A DNA stretch of 63,971 nucleotides, filler included, from Welwitschia mirabilis (lineage: Eukaryota): assembly GCA_051453625.1 (NCBI GenBank). It is 4 parts of one record of this genome, joined end to end, with 100 filler letters (N's around TTAATTAATTAA, not from the genome) between each part and the next. Parts side by side here need not be neighbours in the genome. Positions count along the whole stretch, not along the records: positions 1 to 13,899 come from JBOZIK010000001.1; positions 14,000 to 41,156 come from JBOZIK010000001.1; 2 more parts are not named here. The stretch is one strand, 5' to 3'. Under the pieces are notes generated by a model that was not told the DNA's origin, made no database searches, and was given only the letters and a program-made list of their open reading frames with translations. Made by a program: the position numbers and the translations under genes. Below, in pieces: positions 13,584 through 25,669 of the stretch. Positions within the stretch are counted from its first letter, which is position 1, and the number at the start of each line of letters is the position of its first letter.

Positions 13584-13899
13584 ACTTCTTTCGAAGATTT
13601 GTTTGACCAACTCTAACAACTCCTATTTTATCAAATTGGAACATTTGAATTATTCCAATCTAACAATTTTTTTTGAGAAATCCTTCGATAAATCCACCTT
13701 CTTGTAATCCCTCCACTTCCAACTTTTCAGTTCCTCTATGAATTTTTCTACTTTTTTCCTAAGAATCCACCATTGTATTAATGAATCTAAATCCAGATTG
13801 AATATGAATTTGAGAAAATTGAACTTCATTAGTACAAAAATCCAATCAAAGAAAACAATGAAAAAATATGAAAAAAGGAAAAATAGAAGAATGAACCAT

Positions 13900-13999
13900 N
13901 NNNNNNNNNNNNNNNNNNNNNNNNNNNNNNNNNNNNNNNNNNNTTAATTAATTAANNNNNNNNNNNNNNNNNNNNNNNNNNNNNNNNNNNNNNNNNNNN
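13900..13999. other. Synthetic assembly spacer 44N-TTAATTAATTAA-44N
   Basis: Identical 100-bp construct also at 41157-41256 and 59858-59957; the palindromic 12-mer has stops in all six frames. Confidence 0.95.
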
Positions 14000-14086
14000 A
14001 ATAAGCTTTGATTTGAGAGTTTTATGGAATTCAACCAACTATCTCGTTTGTTATATATTATTGAAAACTTCATGTTATCTAACAAT

Positions 14087-14520
14087 TCCATTGGCCCATA
14101 CTGCTCCAAAAAGAATAACGATGGTTAAAAAAGTAAACCTAATTACTATTACATAGTAACTAAGATTATTGATTTGATAGATCATTTGAGACTTATGAAA
14201 ATTTTTAAATGAATAAGGATGAAAAGCTTTCCTTTTGTTTTTATGTGTATATTCTTTTCTCAAATAAATAATTAAAAAAGATATTTTTTTTCAAATTTAT
14301 TGCTAAAAAAAGTATTGATGATAACGATCCACATAAAAGAGTTACATAACTAAAAATAATAATAGTTACATGCATTATTAACTAGTGAGATTATAAATCA
14401 GGTATTAATATTTATGGTTGTTTCATTTTTTTTGGAATAATTAAAGTAGCAAATGCATGAGTAAACAAAGCACTTGATGCAATTACGACACTAATCCATT
14501 GATTTTAGGATTTTTATTAG
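14087..14520 (-). pseudogene. ccsA: Plastid cytochrome c biogenesis protein CcsA fragment (NUPT)
   Basis: Minus-strand LIMHVTIIIFSYVTLLCGSLSS and FTFLTIVILFGAVWANG match CcsA WLMMHV..SY..LLCGSL and FLTIGILSGAVWANEAW. Confidence 0.9.
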
Positions 14521-15837
14521 NNNNNNNNNNNNNNNNNNNNNNNNNNNNNNNNNNNNNNNNNNNNNNNNNNNNNNNNNNNNNNNNNNNNNNNNNNNNNNNN
14601 NNNNNNNNNNNNNNNNNNNNNNNNNNNNNNNNNNNNNNNNNNNNNNNNNNNNNNNNNNNNNNNNNNNNNNNNNNNNNNNNNNNNNNNNNNNNNNNNNNNN
14701 NNNNNNNNNNNNNNNNNNNNNNNNNNNNNNNNNNNNNNNNNNNNNNNNNNNNNNNNNNNNNNNNNCAATTGATTTGTTTTTTACCTTGAATATTGAAATT
14801 TTACAAAAAAATGGAAATAGAAATAGAAATTTGATCTGGTTCTTCTTCTAGTTTTTATTCTTCTAGTTTTTCTTCTTCTCTTTTTGGATTTTAAAAAGAA
14901 ATAGAATTAGATTGCAATAGATTTATTGAAGGATCAAAACAATTTTTTTGTTTGATACTCAAAAATGCTATATTTACTTGATGTTGATCTTTAGGAAATG
15001 GAAAAGATAGTACTACCTTAGGATTATATGTACCCCTTGATAATATTCATAGAAGGGGATAGAAACCCGAGTCATATTGGGGACCACTTACACTGGTTAT
15101 TTACCTTATCCACTACACTACTAAACCATTGTTGTTACACTGACTACCCTTCATTTNNNNNNNNNNNNNNNNNNNNNNNNNNNNNNNNNNNNNNNNNNNN
15201 NNNNNNNNNNNNNNNNNNNNNNNNNNNNNNNNNNNNNNNNNNNNNNNNNNNNNNNNGACCACTTACACTGGTTATTTACCTTATCCACTACACTACTAAA
15301 CCATTGTTGTTACACTGACTACCCTTCATTTGTTACCTTTTAGCGAGTAACTAGCCTCTTCCCTTTGCGGAAAGAGCATTTGCTTAGACTGTGCTCCCTC
15401 CCTTTGGTACCTTGGTCTATCAGCCTCCTTCTCGATGACCTTTTACTAGGCCTTACCTTCCTGTCTCTCTACCAATGTCTATCTGCCCATGGTTCCTTGN
15501 NNNNNNNNNNNNNNNNNNNNNNNNNNNNNNNNNNNNNNNNNNNNNNNNNNNNNNNNNNNNNNNNNNNNNNNNNNNNNNNNNNNNNNNNNNNNNNNNNNNN
15601 NNNNNNNNNNNNNNNNNNNNNNNNNNNNNNNNNNNNNNNNNNNNNNNNNNNNNNNNNNNNNNNNNNNNNNNNNNNNNNNNNNNNNNNNNNNNNNNNNNNN
15701 NNNNNNNNNNNNNNNNNNNNNNNNNAGTAAACATATGAAAAAGTCGATAACCGTATTCAGGGATATGCAGGGGGCAGTGTCTATAGGGCAGCTTATTAAT
15801 CAAGTAGATACAAGATGTCTATTCAAGTCTCACTTTC

Positions 15838-17100
15838 CAAAAAGAAAGAATTTTTTGGTCAGATGCATAAAATTCATGAAATATTTGATACAAGCAAAAA
15901 TAAAACTGAAATGAGTAGTTTTATGTCTATTATCAGTTTTCCTCTCGAACTAAGACCTACTTTTGTTTTAGGTGAATAAATAATCACTGAGTCAAATTTG
16001 TATAAACTTCATCAAAAATATCTTATTTAGAATAAGAATCTTCAAACTAGTTTTGAAATGCAAGAAGGTCCTTTTTATTCAATAGGAAAAAGTGATTTCA
16101 TGACATTTCAAAAGCGATTACTCTAAGAAGTCATAGATGCACTTTTAGATAATGATAAAAGCAAAGAACCAGGGGAAGACCTTTTTAATATCCCTATAAA
16201 TTATTTTATGATGTGACTGTGGGTAAAGAAGGAAGATTTCACACAAATTTAGTTGGAAAAAAAGTGAATTATTTGGGCTAATCGGTTATCATAGTGGATC
16301 ATTATCTTACATTGCATTAATGTGGATTACCTCGAGAAATGGCAGTAAAACTTTTTCAGCCTTCTTAATTTGTAATCTAATAAGGCAATGTGTTGCCCTA
16401 ATATANNNNNNNNNNNNNNNNNNNNNNNNNNNNNNNNNNNNNNNNNNNNNNNNNNNNNNNNNNNNNNNNNNNNNNNNNNNNNNNNNNNNNNNNNNNNNNN
16501 NNNNNTTTAGCCTTTTTAATTTGTAATCTAATAAGGCAATGTGTTGCCCTAATATAAGAGCTACTAAAAGTTTAATTCAAGGAAGAAAACCTTTTATTTG
16601 AAAAATCTTTTAAAGAATTATATTTGGGCATCTTGTATTGTTAAACTGAGCACCTACCTTACACAAATTTGGAATACTTGCATTTCAGCCTATTCTAGTA
16701 AAAGAGCATGACATTTGTTTACATCCATTAGTTTATATAAGTTTAATGCATATTTTNNNNNNNNNNCATTTACTTATGTTTTCTCATACAAATTTATTAA
16801 GTAGTGGAAGTCCTATTACTATACTAATACAAGATATATTTCTTGGACTTTATATATTAACACCTGAAAAAAACTAGGATATTTCTAAATTTAGGTACCA
16901 CCTATCTAAGTCAAAAAAGAAAATCTCTTCCAAGAAGAATCCTTATTTCTCTAATTATGATGATGTATTCTTAGCCTATCAACAAAAACAAGTATAATTA
17001 AGTAGCCTGTTATGGTTGAGATGGAAAGTAGCAGATGGGGGTTTTCTTAACTCAATAGACCGAAATGTTCCTACTAAAATTCAACATGAACCTTTTGGCA
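15838..17100 (+). pseudogene. rpoC1: Plastid RNA polymerase beta' subunit fragment (NUPT), frameshifted
   Basis: [57 protein letters not shown] (decayed NADFDGD), [14 protein letters not shown]. Confidence 0.92.
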
Positions 17101-17757
17101 NNNNNNNNNNNNNNNNNNNNNNNNNNNNNNNNNNNNNNNNNNNNNNNNNNNNNNNNNNNNNNNNNNNNNNNNNNNNNNNNNNNNNNNNNNNNNNNNNNNN
17201 NNNNNNNNNNNNNNNNNNNNNNNNNNNNNNNNNNNNNNNNNNNNNNNNNNNNNNNNNNNNNNNNNNNNNNNNNNNNNNNNNNNNNNNNNNNNNNNNNNNN
17301 NNNNNNNNNNNNNNNNNNNNNNNNNNNNNNNNNNNNNNNNNNNNNNNNNNNNNNNNNNNNNNNNNNNNNNNNNNNNNNNNNNNNNNNNNNNNNNNNNNNN
17401 NNNNNNNNNNNNNNNNNNNNNNNNNNNNNNNNNNNNNNNNNNNNNNNNNNNNNNNNNNNNNNNNNNNNNNNNNNNNNNNNNNNNNNNNNNNNNNNNNNNN
17501 NNNNNNNNNNNNNNNNNNNNNNNNNNNNNNNNNNNNNNNNNNNNNNNNNNNNNNNNNNNNNNNNNNNNNNNNNNNNTTCTAGAAAAAAATGAAATAAAGT
17601 TCCACTATAGAATAAAAACCTAAGAATTATGTTTTTTAGAAGCTAGAGAAACAATGGAACTTTAACTTCTGTAAAATACAAATGTTCTTCAATCTTCTGG
17701 TAGGATGGCAAATGAAATCAAAAGAGAACTTAGTTGATTCTAGATAATCTTTAGGCC

Positions 17758-18590
17758 TTGGTTTGTTCTTGCTATTTTATTAAGTTTAGCTATTTTAACT
17801 ATTCAAGATNNNNNNNNNNNNNNNNNNNNNNNNNNNNNNNNNNNNNNNNNNNNNNNNNNNNNNNNNNNNNNNNNNNNNNNNNNNNNNNNNNNNNNNNNNN
17901 NNNNNNNNNTCGGGTAGTATTGCAAATGAAATCAAAAGAGAACTTAGTTGATTCTAGATAATCTTTAGGCCTTAGTTTGTTCTTACTATTTTATTAAGTT
18001 TAGCTATTTTAACTGTTCAAGATTCACAAACTATTCCAATGGTTCAGTAAGATTTTGCTGAATATCTTCTTGAATTTATTCAAGACTTGAAGAAAACCCA
18101 AATTGAAGACAAAGAATATATTTCCTGGATTCCTTTTATTGGAACCCTATTCCTATTTATCTTTGTTTTAAGCTGGTTGGATGTTCTTGTTGCCTAGGGA
18201 GTTGTTAAACTACCCCACGGTGAATTAGCTACACCCATAAATAATATTAATACTAGATTGCTTTAGATGTACTGACATCAGTAGCATATTTCTATGCAAG
18301 CCTTGCAAAAAAAATGATTAAGTTTTTTGGATAAATGTATTTAGCCAACTTCAATCCTTTTACTTATTAATATCTTAGAAGATTTTACAAAACCTTTATG
18401 ACTTAGTTTCTGACTCTTTGGGAATATATTAGCTAATGAATTGGTAGTTGTTATTCTTGTTTCTTTAGTTTCTTTAGTTGTTCTTATACCCATGATGCTC
18501 CTTGGATTATTCACAAGTGGAATTCAGGCTTTTACTTTTTAAACTCTTACTATAGCTTATATTGGTAAATCCTTGGAAAATCATCATTAA
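17758..18590 (+). pseudogene. atpI: Plastid ATP synthase CF0 subunit IV (a), 5'-truncated, NUPT
   Basis: [77 protein letters not shown] (stop 18588-18590); start region duplicated across the gap 17810-17909. Confidence 0.93.
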
Positions 18591-18832
18591 ATAATCATTT
18601 TATAAAATAGAACATAGATCTTAAATGTCAGTTTGATAGGGCTTGTATTCTTAAGTTATATAGTTTCTTATTTTCTTAGTCAACTACTTCTGATTAGAGG
18701 TCAATTTTTATCCACCTGTTCTTTTTGTAAGAAAATCAAATGGACTTAAGTTTAGTGAGTGAATTGAAATTAAAAACTTTTGTATTATCAACTACTCAAA
18801 TATCAAATACCTTTTTTATTAAGGATATTATC

Positions 18833-19078
18833 ATGAATCCTATTATTTCTGCTGCTTCTGTTATTGTTGTTGGATNNNNNNNNNNNNNNNNNNNNNNNNN
18901 NNNNNNNNNNNNNNNNNNNNNNNNNNNNNNNNNNNNNNNNNNNNNNNNNNNNNNNNNNNNNNNNNNNNNNNNNNNNNNNNNNNNNNNNNNNNNNNNNNNN
19001 NNNNNNNNNNNNNNNNNNNNNNNNNNNNNNNNNNNNNNNNNNNNNNNNNNNNNNNTATTTGCTAATCCTTTTGTTTAA
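18833..19078 (+). pseudogene. atpH: Plastid ATP synthase CF0 subunit III (c), NUPT; middle hidden in gap
   Basis: AAGGA SD-like site, MNPIISAASVI...FANPFV*; the 246-nt span equals the 81-aa AtpH; follows atpI as in plastomes. Confidence 0.92.
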
Positions 19079-19303
19079 TAATTTTTCTTAAAAGTATTTG
19101 AGTAGGGGTAATTGCCTCGAAATACATGTCAATACTTTTTTTTTCACTTCTTTACTTATTTTATTCCAATGTAAAATTGTACTCTTTTAAACTAGAATAA
19201 AAAATTTGTTTTAACCAAAATTTATTTTTTTAAATTTATTTCATCCTCACAATTACCTTTATTTTCTAAATGTGGTTTTTATATTCATTTTCATTTATCT
19301 AAA

Positions 19304-19369
19304 ATGGATTCTAAGATTGAACACCAAAAAGCTCTAAATCATGAAAGGTAAAGAAGATATCATGAGAGG
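19304..19369 (+). pseudogene. Start of Helitron-like Rep copy C (runs into gap)
   Basis: ATGGATTCTAAGATTGAACACCAAAAAGCTCTAAATCATGAAAGG. Confidence 0.75.
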
Positions 19370-19676
19370 NNNNNNNNNNNNNNNNNNNNNNNNNNNNNNN
19401 NNNNNNNNNNNNNNNNNNNNNNNNNNNNNNNNNNNNNNNNNNNNNNNNNNNNNNNNNNNNNNNNNNNNNAATAAGGTTTTATTAACTTCTAAATATTTTT
19501 AAATAAGTATTTTTAAATTAGATTTTTATAAAAATAACTTTTTAAAATCATGTGTTTTCTTATTTGATATAGATTTTTTAATCTTAATTTTTTTAAAGTG
19601 TTTTAAGTTTAGTTCATTTTTTTAATTATGTTAATTTTTTGAACATAGTTTTTTATATTCATTTTTATTTTCTGGA

Positions 19677-22175
19677 ATGGGTTCTAAGATTGAACACCAA
19701 CGAACTCTAAATTGTGAAAGGCAAAGAAGATATTATGAGTTGCAAATACTTTGTAGGAAAACTAAAAACTCAACAAACTATTTAAACATATGTAATAATA
19801 TCAGTAACAATAATAATCCAAAAGGTATGAGATACTTTTATTTATAGCTTTACTATTTAATCAAAACTAGGTTTGTAACATAATTACTTTTTCTAATATG
19901 TTTAGAAATAACATGAACAATGTAGCTCTTTGAAATAATACTAAGCATATATTATTATAGTAAAATGCTTGATTGATCATACAGTGTAAGAACTAAATCA
20001 ACAAATTGAAAACATATTGAGAAAAATAACCCCCTTAGTACTAGTTAGTGAATAGATAGAAAACAATGGTATGACATCTATAAATTATGTTGTAATACAT
20101 AGAATCCTTTATCATTAACACCAAGAAAAGAATATGTAAGGTGATAAAAAGATATTATGAAAGATAATGGTTATCATAATTAATAATCACACTTATGGAG
20201 AGAATAACAAAAAAGGTAGTCTAATGCAATAATATGAAACTTTGATGCCCTCTCCTCTATAATAAGTCTTAAACAAACATTATAATATCCTCCATATCCT
20301 GGCTTACATAAGTATAATGATGATATATCTAAAGGAATTGAGACATTTTGGAGAGAAATATGAGTCTTTGCACAACCAAGATCATGTACAATTTGTAATG
20401 AGATGTATCAATCTATAAAATTGGTATAAAGTAGACATGACCCTCCTTGTAGATGATGTTAATATGAGAAAAGGGAAGGGCTCATAGCTAATGATTAATA
20501 AATTAGACATTTCTTTACTTAGAATGACATGAATCTAGGACCTCAGCCATTTTTTTAATCCCATCTCACACAAGTCAAAGAGATTTTCATTTTAAGGATA
20601 AATTCATTGCTTTAACTTACACATGTAACTAGTGGTCAATTAGTGTATCGAGGGAATATAATAAGCTTTCAAAAAGATGTATTACATATTGCAAGGATTT
20701 TGCCCTTTAGAGAATGGATCAAATTAGTACAGAATATAATTTTATTGTAAATAAGGTATGGGTTTATCATGCTTTATGCTTTAAGAAGTAAATTGATTCT
20801 TTTTATCAAGATGCTAAGATAGACCTGCATTGCTTAGATGACACCAACAATGATGAAGATTTTAATGTCTTTCATATGCTTCGATACGCAACTCTTAGTG
20901 AAGAGGAAGGGAATATAAAGCTACATTTAAATGGTCTAATTCTAGAAATGGATGAGTCCAATATCATTTAACACACATTCTCAGTTACCACATGATGTCC
21001 TCAACTTAAAAATAAACTTATTGTTATAAAGAACTGGTTGCAAAACCTATAAAATAATCCCTCAACAAGTGCTCAATGGCCATCACTAGGAAAATTATTA
21101 ATCAATGAGTTTAACACTAGAGGTATGCTACCAATATTAATTAATGAGTTTAACACTATGTTTTATAGTAATCTTTATTTTTGCAAGCCCCAAGAAGAAA
21201 CATAAATCTTCATCCATGTCAATTATGAAAAGAGGACCTTGCACATATACAACTAGATCAAGATTACACAACCTGATTGAATAGTATTTAGAGACATATA
21301 GTTTGTAAACTAGTACCATGTTTGAGAAGATGAAATGGTCAACAGATGTGTAGGTATTCATAAACTAATACTCTTTTAAAATTATAAATATATTCAAATT
21401 ATAGATACTAGTACTTATTATTTCATATATATATAACATTTCATGGGGGTTACAACCTCATGATTCTAGGTTATGTATAGATGAAAACAATGAGAAGAAG
21501 TATGAGTCAAGGAGAAATTATGATCGGTTAAATGTTCATAATAGAATAATTCTACAAACATGGTGAGTAAATATAGACTTCTAACCTATGCTCAATAAAT
21601 ATATTATTATACAGTATATTGAAAAGTATGCCTCAAAGTCAGAGAATAAATCAAAGTCATATTTTAACATATTAATGAAAATATCAAAAAAAAGAGATTT
21701 AAATGAGCCTACTATTTTGGCTTGTAAAAGGCTAATGATGGATACTACAGCAGATCATGATACTGGATTTATGAAAACCTGCCACATGCTACAAGGACTT
21801 TCCTTAGTAAAAGGTAGCAAGGTATTTGTACTACTTACATAAAAATTAAAACAAGGCCATGTTGTAGATCAAGAATGAGTGTATACCACATTATTTGATT
21901 AGTATCCAAAAAGACCACTTCATATGGAAGGCATTCCATTATTTAATTATGCAAAATACTATATATTCAATCCAAGGAAAATAGCAGATAATGCCTGGCA
22001 TTTGAGAAAGGAATATGCAATTATCAGAGCTATTCCTAGGATTCATGTATAACCTAATAGAGATGATGATAAATGGATGGCTTATTGTTGGGTTTAGCTA
22101 CTTGTTCAATATCCATTTAGAGATATCAAACATAATTTGGAAAAGACAAATGAATAAATATAGGCTAAATGGATG
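19677..22175 (+). pseudogene. Helitron-like Rep copy D, internally deleted at ~21160, retaining Rep motif 3 region
   Basis: 5' part colinear with A/B up to QWPSLG..INEFNTRGML; then LHPCQ..RHIVC..CLRR, DRLNVH..ILQTW, YIEKYASKSE (YxxKY), KTCHMLQGLSL, LLVQYPFRDI. Confidence 0.8.
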
Positions 22176-22699
22176 TCTGTTGCACATATGCTATCATATC
22201 CCATATTTTATAAACCTTATTCACTTAAACATTAAGTATATTAAGATTTTAGTTAATAATTAATTATCCTTATGTAAGTTCCTTATCAAACAACATATCA
22301 TTTTAAAATTTTGTAATCTTTATAATTTACTAAGAAAGTGATAAAAATTATGTTAAAAGGTTTGATGATAAAATCTATCCAAACATTTAAAATTACATAA
22401 TTTATGTGAGGAATTAAAATCACATGATAAAACTAAAAATTTAAAAGTTTTAAGATGATACAAAACTAATAAATTAGAAGTTTAAAGACAACATAATAAT
22501 ATATTTTATATCTTATTTACTCATTTATATTCTTAGTAATTGTGATATGTGTACTATATTATGAATAAATATTTTCTTTCTTGTGTTATATGATTACTAT
22601 TATTTTAGTCTATTTAGTCTATTTAAGTACATGATAAAACTAATAAATTAGAAGTTTCAAGAGGACATAATAATATGTGTACTATATTATGAATAAGTA

Positions 22700-24040
22700 T
22701 GTTTTAGTCTATTTAAGTACATTATTTTATATTTTTTTGAAATAAAAAAGTATTTCCTTTATTTAGATAGAAAATAAAAGAAAAGATTATTTCCTTTATT
22801 TAGATTTTTATCATGATAATCTTGGAAAAAGAATTGTTCTTGTATGCTTGCTTTCTTTTTATGGTTATTTCTATGAAATGAAATGAATGATGATCATAAT
22901 TACTATAACTAGGTAAATAATTCATTAAATATCCACATTACTTAGAATTGTTTGCATGCATTTGTATGGTGTATTCATCAAATAGGACTAAATCAAGATA
23001 ATTCTAATAATGTTCATCCCCACACTTGAATTTCATTACCAAGGTGGGTTACGTCGCAATTTTTATAATACTCTTCTAGAATTGGATTTAATCATCACTC
23101 TCCTATCCTACCCAAGTATGAACTTACTCCAACTTAATACCTCAAGCCCTTGGAATTAATGGATCATGTAGCACATCTAGAGAATCTTATTGAAAGTGGG
23201 GATTATTTATAAGCATGCATCCACTTCACATACCACCTGTTACTTGTATTGAGGGTATATCACGATGAATTAAAAACCTATGGAGTTGAGCCTAGCCATA
23301 ATTATATAGTTAAGAACTTAAAGTAAAACCAACTCATGTCTAGATGGTAACTGAATATCGAGTTGGAATGTCATTAATTGGATTTGTAACATTCTACTAT
23401 ATTCATTAGGTATTATCCTTAAAATTTATCCATGTATGTTGACAATAAGTTTACATGTCCTCAACTATACAGAAGACATATTTTATGTGATAGAAAACTA
23501 GAGATAAATGGAGAACACAAACTTATAACATCACTATTGTTTGTAAATCAAAATAACCTAGAAATTAATTATAGATAAATTTATAATATTAATATGATTT
23601 CTCTTTCTTAGAATATATAAATTCTAATAAAGAAGTATGTAGAATTTGGTCCTAAGTTCCATTATATCTATTAGATAAAAATATTCAAGAAGAAAGGAAG
23701 AGGGGAAAAAATAGTCCTTTATTAGAGTAAGAGTAAATAGGATGTCACAGTAGTAGACTATCGGTAGTAAAAAACTATGATCAATTTTTTAATTTTTATA
23801 AGCATAAAATGTTGAATGTTATCTTGTTTATTCTATTTTCTGTTCCATTATAATAATGTTATTTTGATTAATTAGTTACTACTAAATTAGGAAAAATAGA
23901 GATGTAAACAACTTTCCAATCCTAGGTTTTTTTTAAATCTTGAATTGACATCTAAAGTTTTAATTGATATGACAAGACAAGCTGAAAGTTATCTTAGCTA
24001 AATCTCATCACTACCATATTTTTGGCACCATTGCTAAGGA
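22700..24040 (+). mobile_element. Probable 5' LTR (start uncertain) plus tRNA-Asp-type PBS of an old Athila-like element
   Basis: ...CTACCA then TTTTTGGCACCATTGCTAAGGA (decayed TGGCGCCGTTGCCGGGGA) at ~24019-24040; 22700-23152 recurs at 34500-34966. Confidence 0.55.
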
Positions 24041-25669
24041 GGAATTAGCAATTTACAATCTTAAAATAGGTTTGAATTCTTTTTCAATTTGTAAATTATG
24101 TAGAAAACCTTTTTCTCTCTTTAAAATAAATTAATTATTGACTAATTATTCTCTTTTTCAATTGAGATGTGTTTAATACATCAGGAGAAGTGTGATGTTT
24201 CTCCTTTTTTTTTAGTATAATAAAAAGTAATCAATTTCTTTTAATATGATATAAATATTAGTCCATTTGATTCATTCTTAAAATCCATAACTGATCCTTC
24301 ATGCTTAATATCTGATCCAAGAACCTAGAAGCCTCATGCTCAATATTTGACATAAGAGCTTATTATATTGGTTTGTAGCTATACATCCATCCCTAGTTCT
24401 TTCATCATGATTTACAACTCTCTTTAATATTTTTATACATAAAATTTTTATTTTTCAATATTTATCTTCTAGCATTAAATTGGATTCTAATTCTCTTTTC
24501 TTATGAATCTTTAGATATTTATTCTATTACATTATGTTACATCACAATTTTATCATGTATAATTTTGCAATAAGTGCTATCATAGTCTATTGTAGAATTC
24601 GCATTCTACATCATGTGTTAACATAACTAATCCTCTAATCTGTTGTAGTCTATTAAGTTCTATTTTTTTCTTTTCTTAATTTTTATTTATTCATTTTTAC
24701 TTTCTCTTTGATCTGTTTCTAGCTCTTTCTCTTTTTGTTCCCATTCTTTTATATCCCTTTCCAATTGTTTTTCTTCCCTTCATTTTCTTCTTCATTCTTC
24801 TTTGTTCCTTTCTAGTTCTTTTTCTTTCCTTTTCAGTCATTCATCTTCCATTGGGTTGTTGCTTTTCCCCTTAATTTTTTCCTCCTTTTTCATCTCTTTT
24901 ATTTGTTTTCTCAATTTTCTTCNNNNNNNNNNAAAAAAATCTATAGATTCTTTTAGCCTATGTGCTAGAGGAATGCAAATCACACTGCAACTATCATAGA
25001 TATGTTTCAGTTAATTGTTCTATATCTCACATTGTAATAATTCTATGTTATATTTAATTTTGTTTATTTAATTAAGTTAGAGTTTTGATTTCTATTTAAA
25101 AATTTTATTACTTTAGTTGATTTGTATAGTTACTTTAAGCATTTAATTTGTAATCATTGTTTATCTTTAAGTAAAATTCTATAATTAGTTATTTAACTTT
25201 TACAAGAGAAACATATATATTCATTGCTCTGAGATACATTGTGAACATTTTGAACAATCAAGAACAAGGGAGATAAAAATGAGGNNNNNNNNNNNNNNNN
25301 NNNNNNNNNNNNNNNNNNNNNNNNNNNNNNNNNNNNNNNNNNNNNNNNNNNNNNNNNNNNNNNNNNNNNNNNNNNNNNNNNNNNGCCACATGCCAATTTT
25401 TAGATTTATACACTTATGCTTTTGATGAATGTCTAGGATGAATTAAAATTACTTATAAGCCTCTAAAGGATTGAAAAGAGCTAGCATGAGGAAATAATAC
25501 ATGTAATTAAACTTGCTAATTAAAGCAAGAAGATTACTCACTCTAATTAAGTGTCTGAGTTATAAATATGATCTCTTTGTGCTCTCCAATGTCACTTATT
25601 ACCCATTTAACTTATCAATGCTAAATCAAATCTTGAACTATGTGCCTTTGTTTATCTATATATAGAGAT

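Larger units (their letters stand above)
13584..19225. other. Mosaic nuclear plastid DNA insertion (NUPT) inside the Helitron array
   Basis: Contains ccsA, rpoC1, atpI and atpH remnants; Helitron upstream sequence breaks at 13583 and resumes at ~19225 (compare copy B 8710-8822). Confidence 0.85.

Noticed and set aside
13944-13955. Palindromic TTAATTAATTAA found three times
   Set aside because: Always centred in exactly 44N+44N; a synthetic six-frame-stop spacer, not biological
14087-19078. Functional plastid genome or plastid contamination
   Set aside because: Genes carry stops and frameshifts, are rearranged, and are joined to nuclear TE sequence at non-gap junctions
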